Source: Nemertoderma westbladi
Lineage: Eukaryota; Animalia; Xenacoelomorpha
Assembly (NCBI GenBank): GCA_032718475.1
Contig: JAUCBJ010006292.1
Span: 1 to 41,867, forward strand
Length of the DNA: 41,867 nt
Direction of reading: 5' to 3'
Part shown: piece after piece, positions 1 to 12,800 of the stretch
Layout of the letters: the number at the start of each line of letters is the position of its first letter
Position numbering within the stretch: position 1 is the stretch's first letter
The notes under the pieces: model-generated
Told to the model about the DNA's origin: nothing
Databases searched by the model: none
What the model saw: the letters and a program-made list of their open reading frames with translations, nothing else
Translations under genes and position numbers: made by a program

Positions 1-606
1 ATCTCACGCAATGAGTAAGCCTACATGCAATGTGTTTGTTAGGCTTCTTCATGTGATTTGGAGATACAAAAACGTCATCAATTTCTCTTAATATCGCCTT
101 ATTGCTAAACCTCTTTCATTAGTTCTGAGGCCAAACAATCGCCACTAGAATTCGCCCAAACCGGGGGGCCGTCAATGCACGATGGCCGTCCTCACAAATA
201 CGCAGCTCCAGACATTATTACCATCTATTTATCATTATGATGTCATGTAGGAATTTTCCATTGTCCTCCTATAAAGTGGGCAAGGAATTGGTTTCCATAG
301 CAACCCTCAACCCATCTTGGCACTGGGAAGGAGTACCAACGCTCATATATCTTGTTTGTATACCCTACTGTTTAGTGTTGTTATACAGATATTAATTAAT
401 TATATATATTTGGCAATCTTACTGTACTATTATATACAAGCGTGACCTTTAAATAATATAAATATTACAGTTGAACTACTAAGTGAAACTATTAGTTTGA
501 TACACACATACTGTAATGTAATTACCAGGATACAATATTATACAAGGAAATTATATTACTATTTGAATTCTAATATTATTTGAGATTTCTGAATAAATTC
601 TCCAAG

Positions 607-810
607 ATGGTAAAGCCTCCAGGTTATAGTAAGGAGTTGATGTGCAGCAATGCGGCAAAACCGACTCCACGTCTCGCCCATAAGACCTTGTTGATACTGA
701 GTATCGCTCAACTTGGTCTGGCTGTCTTCGTCATTGCCATCGCCCATGCTGCCATGACTGTTGTCAAGGGAAGATGGGTCTCATGCGATGCAATGGCAGC
801 TGGCATCCTG
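607..810 (+). CDS. MS4A-like coding exon 1 (N-tail, TM1, start of TM2)
   Basis: aagATGG start; MVKPPGYSKELM...AMAAGIL; donor CTG|GTATGT at 811. An upstream exon cannot be excluded because the ATG directly follows ttctccaag. Confidence 0.8.
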
Positions 811-3800
811 GTATGTAATGTATATATAATGCAGCTTCAATGCAGAATGTTGATAGTATTTAGTAGTAGTATGTACTGTGCTGCGTAATTTTATTATAAT
901 AAAACTTATAAAACTGTTGCTTCTTTAGGACACGAAATTATTTACAAACTCTCTGTAGAAAATACAGATGCATTTAAATAGGCGGAATTTTATACAATAT
1001 ACAGACAAAAAGCATTACATTAATACCGGTAACTGAAAATGAAATACGGTATCTCCTCTCTTCTGGAGGGTGCGAAAAAGGGGTTTTTTATCTCACAAAG
1101 CATTTCCCACAATAATTTGTTTAATTAATTCGAATAAATAGCTGCTGTATTTTTTTAATGCTCTATTTTATATTTCAGTTTGTCATTACTGCTGTGGTGG
1201 GAATTATTGCCTCTCAACGAAAGACAAGAGGAATTGTAAGTTACAATAAATTCATGTACCAAATTAGAAATTGAAGTAAAAACTTGAGGAAACATTAATT
1301 TTAGGCAATATTATATTAAATTCAAGCACATAAAGTAAAAACTCGTACCTGTAGGTATTCAAGTATAGAAAGAAAGAACTGACAAGCAACGGACCTGGAG
1401 TTTGCAAGCAATCAGTCAGCTGACGGCAGTTACCTGATTGGTAGATTTCGCCCCGCAGGTGAAGGCATTGTCAAGAGGCCAAGTCAGTAAATTTCACTAA
1501 AGAAAAATCCCAAAGGACGAATTAAATAGTAATGTATTGAAGAGAGACGTGTACTACTGTATAACTAGGTCAGGGGTTGAGTGAATTCTTAGACCGCGAG
1601 TATTCTTAGCCCGCGGGTATTCTTAGCCCGCGAGTATTCTTAGCCCGCGAGTATTCTTAGCCCGCGAGTTAGTAAAGGAGCAGGTGAGTAAAGGAGCAGG
1701 TTTCTTGGGCGTATTGTGGGAACCAAAACAATAAACTTTATTGTTTTGCGGGCTAAGAATACTCGCGGTCTAAAAATACTCGCGGGCTAAGAATTCCTGA
1801 GACCAGCTCAGGCGGGCAGCAGCATCACAAACGCGTTTCGGCCTTTTGATGACTGACTGTTTTGCGTGCGTATATAAAACATGGCCGCAAAGGTTGTCGT
1901 GCTACGTGTAGAATATGCCGCTTACAACAATATTACTGATTAAACAAAATATATTTTATTATAATTCTAGATCATTGCGGTGCTTGTGTTGACTATTCTG
2001 AGTACTATTGTACTTTGCGTCGTTGGAGGGCTGACCTTTCGTCATATTAAAACCATCAACCGTGCTGAAAGGTAAGATATTAAAACCATCAACCGTGCTG
2101 AAAGGTAAGATATTAAAACCATCAACCGTGCTGAAAGGTAAGATATCAAAACCATCAACCGTGCTGAAAGGTAAGATATTAAAACCATCAACCATGCTGA
2201 AAGGTAAGATATTAAAACCATCAACCGTGCTGAAAGGTAAGATATTAAAACCATCAACCGTGCTGAAAGGTAAGATATTAAAACCATCAACCGTGCTGAG
2301 GTAAGATATTAAAACCATCAACCGTGCTGAAAGGTAAGATATTCAAACCATCAACCGTGCTGAGGTAAGATATTAAAACCATCAACCGTGCTGAGGTAAG
2401 ATATTAAAACCATCAACCGTGCTGAAATGTAAGATATTAAAACCATCAACCGTGCTGAGGTAAGATATTAAAACCATCAACCGTGCTGAGGTAAGATATT
2501 AAAACCATCAACCGTGCTGAGGTAAGATATTAAAACCTTCAACCGTGCTGAGGTAAGATATTAAAACCATCAACCGTGCTGAAAGGTAAGATATTAAAAC
2601 CATCAACCGTGCTGAGGTAAGATATTAAAACCATCAACCGTGCTGAGGTAAGATATTAAAACCATCAACCGTACTGAGGTAAGATATTAAAACCTTCAAC
2701 CGTGCTGAGGTAAGATATTAAAACCATCAACCGTGCTGAAAGGTAAGATATTAAAACCATCAACCGTGCTGAGGTAAGATATTAAAACCATCAACCGTGC
2801 TGAAAGTTAAGATGTTAAAACCATCAACCGTGCTGAGGTAAGATATTAAAACCATCAACCGTGCTGAAAGGTAAGATATTAAAACCTTCAACCGTGCTGA
2901 GGTAAGATATTAAAACCATCAACCGTGCTGAAAGGTAAGATATTAAAACCATCAACCGTGCTGAGGTAAGATATTAAAACCATCAACCGTGCTGAGGTAA
3001 GATATTAAAACCTTCAACCGTGCTGAGGTAAGATATTAAAACCATCAAACGTGCTGAGGTAAGATATTAAAACCATCAACCGTGCTGAAAGGTAAGATAT
3101 TAAAACAATCAACCGTGGTGCTGAAAGGTAAGATATTAAAACCATCAACCATGCTGAAAGGTTAAGATATTAAAACCACCCATCGTGCCGAAAGGTAAGT
3201 TATTAAAACCATCAACCGTGCTGAAAGGTTAAGATATTAAAACCATCAACCGTGCTGAAAGGTAAGATATTAAAACCATCAACCGTGCTGAGGTAAGATA
3301 TTAAAACCATCAACCGTGCTGAAAGGTAAGATATTAAAACCATCAACCGTGCTGAAAGGTAAGATATTAAAACCATCAACCGTGCTGAGGTAAGATTAAG
3401 ATATTAAAACCATCAACCGTGCTGAAAGGTAAGGTATTAAAACCATCAACAGTGCTGAAAGGTAAGATATTAAAACCATCAACCGTGCTGAAAGGTAAGA
3501 TATTAAAACCATCAATCGTGCCGAAAGGTAAGATATTAAAACCATCAACCGTGCTGAAAGGTAAGATATTAAAACCATCAACCGTGCTGAAAGGTAAAAT
3601 ATTAAAACCATCAGCCGTGCTGAAAGGTAAGATATTAAAACCATCAACCGTGCTGAAAGGTAAAATATTAAAACCATCAGCCGTGCTGAGGTAAGATATT
3701 AAAACCATCAACCGTGCTGAGGTAAGATATTAAAACCATCAACCGTGCTGAGGTAAGATATTAAAACCATCAACCGTGCTGAGGTAAGATTAAGATATTA

Positions 3801-6800
3801 AAACCATCAACCGTGCTGAAAGGTAAGGTATTAAAACCATCAACAGTGCTGAAAGGTAAGATATTAAAACCATCAACCGTGCTGAAAGGTAAGATATTAA
3901 AACCATCAACCGTGCTGAAAGGTAAGATATTAAAACCATCAACCGTGCTGAGGTAAGATATTAAAACCATCAATCGTGCTGAAAGGTAAGATATTAAAAC
4001 CATCAACCATGCTGAGGTAAGATATTAAAACCATTAATCGTGCTGAAAGGTAAGATATTAAAACCATCAACCATGCTGAAAGGTTAAGATATTAAAACCA
4101 TCAATCGTGCCGAAAGGTAAGATATTAAAACCATCAACCGTGCTGAAAGGTAAGATATTAAAACCATCAACCGTGCTGAAAGGTAAAATATTAAAACCAT
4201 CAGCCGTGCTGAGGTAAGATATTAAAACCATCAACCGTGCTGAGGTAAGATATTAAAACCATCAATCGTGCTGAAAGGTAAGATATTAAAACCATCAACC
4301 ATGCTGAAAGGTTAAGATATTAAAACCATCAATCGTGCCGAAAGGTAAGATATTAAAACCATCAACCGTGCTGAAAGGTAAGATATTAAAACCATCAACC
4401 GTGCTGAAAGATTAAGATATTAAAACCATCGACCGTGCTGAAAGGTAAGCTATTAAAACCATCAACCGTGCTGAAAGGTAAGATATTAAAACCATCAACC
4501 GTGCTGAAAGGTAAGATATTAAAACCATCAACCGTGCTGAAAGGTAAGATATTAAAACCATCAACCGTGCAGAAAGGTATGATATTAAAACCATCAACCG
4601 TGCTGAGGTAAGATATTAAAACCATCAACCGTGCTGAAAGGTAAGATATTAAAACCATCAACCGTGCTGAAAGGTAAGATATTAAAACCATCAACCGTGC
4701 TGAGGTAAGATATTAAAACCATCAATCGTGCTGAAAGGTAAGATATTAAAACCATCAACCATGCGGAAAGGTTAAGATATTAAAACCACCCATCGTGCCG
4801 AAAGGTAAGATATTAAAACCATCAACCGTGTTGAAAGGTTAAGATATTAAAACCATCAACCGTGCTGAAAGGTAAGATATTAAAACCATCAACCGTGCTG
4901 AAAGGTAAGATATTAAAACCATCAACCGTGCTGAGGTAAGATTAAGATATTAAAACCATCAACCGTGCTGAAAGGTAAGATATTAAAACCATCAACCGTG
5001 CTGAAAGGTAAGATATTAAAACCATCAACCGTGCTGAGGTAAGATATTAAAACCATCAACCGTGCTGAAAGGTAAGATATTAAAACCATCAACCGTGCTG
5101 AGGTAAGATATTAAAACCATCAACCGTGCTGAGGTAAGATATTAAAACCTTCAACCGTGCTGAGGTAAGATATTAAAACCATCAAACGTGCTGAGGTAAG
5201 ATATTAAAACCATCAACCGTGCTGAAAGGTAAGATATTAAAACCATCAACCGTGCTGAAAGGTAAGATATTAAAACCATCAACCGTGCTGAGGTAAGATT
5301 AAGATATTAAAACCATCAACCGTGCTGAAAGGTAAGATATTAAAACCATCAACCGTGCTGAAAGGTAAGATATTAAAACCTTCAACCGTGCTGAGGTAAG
5401 ATATTAAAACCATCAACCGTGCTGAAAGGTAAGATATTAAAACCATCAACCGTGCTGAAAGGTAAGATATTAAAACCATCAACCGTGCTGAGGTAAGATA
5501 TTAAAACCATCAATCGTGCTGAAAGGTAAGATATTAAAACCATCAACCATGCTGAGGTAAGATATTAAAACCATTAATCGTGCTGAAAGGTAAGATATTA
5601 AAACCATCAACCATGCTGAAAGGTTAAGATATTAAAACCATCAATCGTGCCGAAAGGTAAGATATTAAAACCATCAACCGTGCTGAAAGGTAAGATATTA
5701 AAACCATCAACCGTGCTGAAAGGTAAAATATTAAAACCATCAGCCGTGCTGAGGTAAGATATTAAAACCATCAACCGTGCTGAGGTAAGATATTAAAACC
5801 ATCAATCGTGCTGAAAGGTAAGATATTAAAACCATCAACCATGCTGAAAGGTTAAGATATTAAAACCATCAATCGTGCCGAAAGGTAAGATATTAAAACC
5901 ATCAACCGTGCTGAAAGGTAAGATATTAAAACCATCAACCGTGCTGAAAGATTAAGATATTAAAACCATCGACCGTGCTGAAAGGTAAGCTATTAAAACC
6001 ATCAACCGTGCTGAAAGGTAAGATATTAAAACCATCAACCGTGCTGAAAGGTAAGATATTAAAACCATCAACCGTGCTGAAAGGTAAGATATTAAAACCA
6101 TCAACCGTGCAGAAAGGTATGATATTAAAACCATCAACCGTGCTGAGGTAAGATATTAAAACCATCAACCGTGCTGAAAGGTAAGATATTAAAACCATCA
6201 ACCGTGCTGAAAGGTAAGATATTAAAACCATCAACCGTGCTGAGGTAAGATATTAAAACCATCAATCGTGCTGAAAGGTAAGATATTAAAACCATCAACC
6301 ATGCGGAAAGGTTAAGATATTAAAACCACCCATCGTGCCGAAAGGTAAGATATTAAAACCATCAACCGTGTTGAAAGGTTAAGATATTAAAACCATCAAC
6401 CGTGCTGAAAGGTAAGATATTAAAACCATCAACCGTGCTGAAAGGTAAGATATTAAAACCATCAACCGTGCTGAGGTAAGATTAAGATATTAAAACCATC
6501 AACCGTGCTGAAAGGTAAGATATTAAAACCATCAACCGTGCTGAAAGGTAAGATATTAAAACCATCAACCGTGCTGAGGTAAGATATTAAAACCATCAAC
6601 CGTGCTGAAAGGTAAGATATTAAAACCATCAACCGTGCTGAGGTAAGATATTAAAACCATCAACCGTGCTGAGGTAAGATATTAAAACCTTCAACCGTGC
6701 TGAGGTAAGATATTAAAACCATCAAACGTGCTGAGGTAAGATATTAAAACCATCAACCGTGCTGAAAGGTAAGATATTAAAACCATCAACCGTGCTGAAA

Positions 6801-9800
6801 GGTAAGATATTAAAACCATCAACCGTGCTGAGGTAAGATTAAGATATTAAAACCATCAACCGTGCTGAAAGGTAAGATATTAAAACCATCAACCGTGCTG
6901 AAAGGTAAGATATTAAAACCTTCAACCGTGCTGAGGTAAGATATTAAAACCATCAACCGTGCTGAAAGGTAAGATATTAAAACCATCAACCGTGCTGAGG
7001 TAAGATATTAAAACCATCAACCGTGCTGAGGTAAGATATTAAAACCTTCAACCGTGCTGAGGTAAGATAGTAAAACCATCAAACGTGCTGAGGTAAGATA
7101 TTAAAACCATCAACCGTGCTGAAAGGTAAGATATTAAAACCATCAACCGTGGTGCTGAAAGGTAAGATATTAAAACCATCAACCATGCTGAAAGGTTAAG
7201 ATATTAAAACCACCCATCGTGCCGAAAGGTAAGATATTAAAACCATCAACCGTGCTGAAAGGTTAAGATATTAAAACCATCAACCGTGCTGAAAGGTAAG
7301 ATATTAAAACCATCAACCGTGCTGAGGTAAGATATTAAAACCATCAACCGTGCTGAAAGGTAAGATATTAAAACCATCAACCGTGCTGAAAGGTAAGATA
7401 TTAAAACCATCAACCGTGCTGAGGTAAGATTAAGATATTAAAACCATCAACCGTGCTGAAAGGTAAGGTATTAAAACCATCAACAGTGCTGAAAGGTAAG
7501 ATATTAAAACCATCAACCGTGCTGAAAGGTAAGATATTAAAACCATCAATCGTGCCGAAAGGTAAGATATTAAAACCATCAACCGTGCTGAAAGGTAAAA
7601 TATTAAAACCATCAGCCGTGCTGAGGTAAGATATTAAAACCATCAACCGTGCTGAGGTAAGATATTAAAACCATCAACCGTGCTGAGGTAAGATTAAGAT
7701 ATTAAAACCATCAACCGTGCTGAAAGGTAAGGTATTAAAACCATCAACAGTGCTGAAAGGTAAGATATTAAAACCATCAACCGTGCTGAAAGGTAAGATA
7801 TTAAAACCATCAACCGTGCTGAAAGGTAAGATATTAAAACCATCAACCGTTCTGAGGTAAGATATTAAAACCATCAACCGTGCTGAAAGGTAAGATATTA
7901 AAACCACCCATCGTGCCGAAAGGTAAGATATTAAAACCATCAACCGTGCTGAAAGGTTAAGATATTAAAACCATCAACCGTGCTGAAAGGTAAGATATTA
8001 AAACCACCCATCGTGCCGAAAGGTAAGATATTAAAACCACCCATCGTGCCGAAAGGTAAGATATTAAAACCATAAACCGTGCTGAAAGGTTAAGATATTA
8101 AAACCATCAACCGTGCTGAAAGGTAAGATATTAAAACCATCAACCGTGCTGAAAGGTTAAGATATTAAAACCATCAACCGTGCTGAAAGGTAAGATATTA
8201 AAACCACCCATCGTGCCGAAAGGTAAGATATTAAAACCATCAACCGTGCTGAAAGGTTAAGATATTAAAACCATCAACCGTGCTGAAAGGTAAGATATTA
8301 AAACCATCAACCGTGCTGAGGTAAGATATTAAAACCATCAACCGTGCTGAAAGGTAAGATATTAAAACCATCAACCGTGCTGAAAGGTAAGATATTAAAA
8401 CCATCAACCGTGCTGAGGTAAGATTAAGATATTAAAACCATCAACCGTGCTGAAAGGTAAGGTATTAAAACCATCAACAGTGCTGAAAGGTAAGATATTA
8501 AAACCATCAACCGTGCTGAAAGGTAAGATATTAAAACCATCAATCGTGCCGAAAGGTAAGATATTAAAACCATCAACCGTGCTGAAAGGTAAAATATTAA
8601 AACCATCAGCCGTGCTGAGGTAAGATATTAAAACCATCAACCGTGCTGAGGTAAGATATTAAAACCATCAACCGTGCTGAGGTAAGATATTAAAACCATC
8701 AACCGTGCTGAGGTAAGATTAAGATATTAAAACCATCAACCGTGCTGAAAGGTAAGGTATTAAAACCATCAACAGTGCTGAAAGGTAAGATATTAAAACC
8801 ATCAACCGTGCTGAAAGGTAAGATATTAAAACCATCAACCGTGCTGAAAGGTAAGATATTAAAACCATCAACCGTTCTGAGGTAAGATATTAAAACCATC
8901 AACCGTGCTGAAAGGTAAGATATTAAAATCATCAACCGTGCTGAAAGGTAATATATTAAAACTATCAACCGTGCTGAGGTAAGATATTAAAACCTTCAAC
9001 CGTGCTGAGGTAAGATATTAAAACCATCAACCGTGCTGAAAGGTAAGATATTAAAACCATCAACCGTGCTGAAAGGTAAGATATTAAAACCACCAACCGT
9101 GCTGAGGTAAGATATTAAAACCACCAACCGTGCTGAGGTAAGATATTAAAACCATCAACCGTGCTGAGGTAAGATATTAAAACCATCAACCGTGCTGAAA
9201 GGTAAGATATTAAAACCATCAACCGTGCTGAGGTAAGATATTAAAACCATCAACCGTGCTGAGGTAAGATATTAAAACCATCAATCGTGCTGAAAGGTAA
9301 GATATTAAAACCATCAACCATGCTGAGGTAAGATATTAAAACCACCAACCGTGCTGAGGTAAGATATTAAAACCATCAACCGTGCTGAAAGGTAAGATAT
9401 TAAAACCATCAACCGTGCTGAGGTAAGATATTAAAACCATCAACCGTGCTGAGGTAAGATATTAAAACTATCAACCGTGCTGAGGTAAGATATTAAAACC
9501 TTCAACCGTGCTGAGGTAAGATATTAAAACCATCAACCGTGCTGAAAGGTAAGATATTAAAACCATCAACCGTGCTGAAAGGTAAGATATTAAAACCATC
9601 AACCGTGCTGAAAGGTAAGATATTAAAACCATCAACCGTTCTGAGGTAAGATATTAAAACCATCAACCGTGCTGAAAGGTAAGATATTAAAACCATCAAC
9701 CGTGCTGAGGTAAGATTAAGATATTAAAACCATCAACCGTGCTGAAAGGTAAGGTATTAAAACCATCAACAGTGCTGAAAGGTAAAATATTAAAACCATC

Positions 9801-12800
9801 AGCCGTGCTGAGGTAAGATATTAAAACCATCAACCGTGCTGAGGTAAGATATTAAAACCATCAATCGTGCTGAAAGGTAAGATATTAAAACCATCAACCA
9901 TGCTGAAAGGTTAAGATATTAAAACCATCAATCGTGCCGAAAGGTAAGATATTAAAACCATCAACCGTGCTGAAAGGTAAGATATTAAAACCATCAACCG
10001 TGCTGAAAGATTAAGATATTAAAACCATCAACCGTGCTGAAAGGTAAGATATTAAAACCATCAACCGTGCTGAAAGGTAAGATATTAAAACCATCAACCG
10101 TGCTGAAAGGTAAGATATTAAAACCATCAACCGTGCTGAAAGGTAAGATATTAAAACCATCAACCGTGCAGAAAGGTATGATATTAAAACCATCAACCGT
10201 GCTGAGGTAAGATATTAAAACCATCAACCGTGCTGAAAGGTAAGATATTAAAACCATCAACCGTGCTGAAAGGTAAGATATTAAAACCATCAACCGTGCT
10301 GAGGTAAGATATTAAAACCATCAATCGTGCTGAAAGGTAAGATATTAAAACCATCAACCATGCGGAAAGGTTAAGATATTAAAACCACCCATCGTGCCGA
10401 AAGGTAAGATATTAAAACCATCAACCGTGTTGAAAGGTTAAGATATTAAAACCATCAACCGTGCTGAAAGGTAAGATATTAAAACCATCAACCGTGCTGA
10501 AAGGTAAGATATTAAAACCATCAACCGTGCTGAGGTAAGATTAAGATATTAAAACCATCAACCGTGCTGAAAGATAAGATATTAAAACCATCAACCGTGC
10601 TGAAAGGTAAGATATTAAAACCATCAACCGTGCTGAGGTAAGATATTAAAACCATCAACCGTGCTGAAAGGTAAGATATTAAAACCATCAACCGTGCTGA
10701 GGTAAGATATTAAAACCATCAACCGTGCTGAGGTAAGATATTAAAACCTTCAACCGTTCTGAGGTAAGATATTAAAACCATCAAACGTGCTGAGGTAAGA
10801 TATTAAAACCATCAACCGTGCTGAAAGGTAAGATATTAAAACCATCAACCGTGCTGAAAGGTAAGATATTAAAACCATCAACCGTGCTGAGGTAAGATTA
10901 AGATATTAAAACCATCAACCGTGCTGAAAGGTAAGATATTAAAACCATCAACCGTGCTGAAAGGTAAGATATTAAAACCTTCAACCGTGCTGAGGTAAGA
11001 TATTAAAACCATCAACCGTGCTGAAAGGTAAGATATTAAAACCATCAACCGTGCTGAGGTAAGATATTAAAACCATCAACCGTGCTGAGGTAAGATATTA
11101 AAACCTTCAACCGTGCTGAGGTAAGATATTAAAACCATCAAACGTGCTGAGGTAAGATATTAAAACCATCAACCGTGCTGAAAGGTAAGATATTAAAACC
11201 ATCAACCGTGGTGCTGAAAGGTAAGATATTAAAACCATCAACCATGCTGAAAGGTTAAGATATTAAAACCACCCATCGTGCCGAAAGGTAAGATATTAAA
11301 ACCATCAACCGTGCTGAAAGGTTAAGATATTAAAACCATCAACCGTGCTGAAAGGTAAGATATTAAAACCATCAACCGTGCTGAGGTAAGATATTAAAAC
11401 CATCAACCGTGCTGAAAGGTAAGATATTAAAACCATCAACCGTGCTGAAAGGTAAGATATTAAAACCATCAACCGTGCTGAGGTAAGATTAAGATATTAA
11501 AACCATCAACCGTGCTGAAAGGTAAGGTATTAAAACCATCAACAGTGCTGAAAGGTAAGATATTAAAACCATCAACCGTGCTGAAAGGTAAGATATTAAA
11601 ACCATCAATCGTGCCGAAAGGTAAGATATTAAAACCATCAACCGTGCTGAAAGGTAAGATATTAAAACCATCAACCGTGCTGAAAGGTAAAATATTAAAA
11701 CCATCAGCCGTGCTGAAAGGTAAGATATTAAAACCATCAACCGTGCTGAAAGGTAAAATATTAAAACCATCAGCCGTGCTGAGGTAAGATATTAAAACCA
11801 TCAACCGTGCTGAGGTAAGATATTAAAACCATCAACCGTGCTGAGGTAAGATATTAAAACCATCAACCGTGCTGAGGTAAGATTAAGATATTAAAACCAT
11901 CAACCGTGCTGAAAGGTAAGGTATTAAAACCATCAACACTGCTGAAAGGTAAGATATTAAAACCATCAACCGTGCTGAGGTAAGATATTAAAACCATCAA
12001 TCGTGCTGAAAGGTAAGATATTAAAACCATCAACCATGCTGAGGTAAGATATTAAAACCATTAATCGTGCTGAAAGGTAAGATATTAAAACCATCAACCA
12101 TGCTGAAAGGTTAAGATATTAAAACCATCAATCGTGCCGAAAGGTAAGATATTAAAACCATCAACCGTGCTGAAAGGTAAGATATTAAAACCATCAACCG
12201 TGCTGAAAGGTAAAATATTAAAACCATCAGCCGTGCTGAGGTAAGATATTAAAACCATCAACCGTGCTGAGGTAAGATATTAAAACCATCAATCGTGCTG
12301 AAAGGTAAGATATTAAAACCATCAACCATGCTGAAAGGTTAAGATATTAAAACCATCAATCGTGCCGAAAGGTAAGATATTAAAACCATCAACCGTGCTG
12401 AAAGGTAAGATATTAAAACCATCAACCGTGCTGAAAGATTAAGATATTAAAACCATCAACCGTGCTGAAAGGTAAGATATTAAAACCATCAACCGTGCTG
12501 AAAGGTAAGATATTAAAACCATCAACCGTGCTGAAAGGTAAGATATTAAAACCATCAACCGTGCTGAAAGGTAAGATATTAAAACCATCAACCGTGCAGA
12601 AAGGTATGATATTAAAACCATCAACCGTGCTGAGGTAAGATATTAAAACCATCAACCGTGCTGAAAGGTAAGATATTAAAACCATCAACCGTGCTGAAAG
12701 GTAAGATATTAAAACCATCAACCGTGCTGAGGTAAGATATTAAAACCATCAATCGTGCTGAAAGGTAAGATATTAAAACCATCAACCATGCGGAAAGGTT

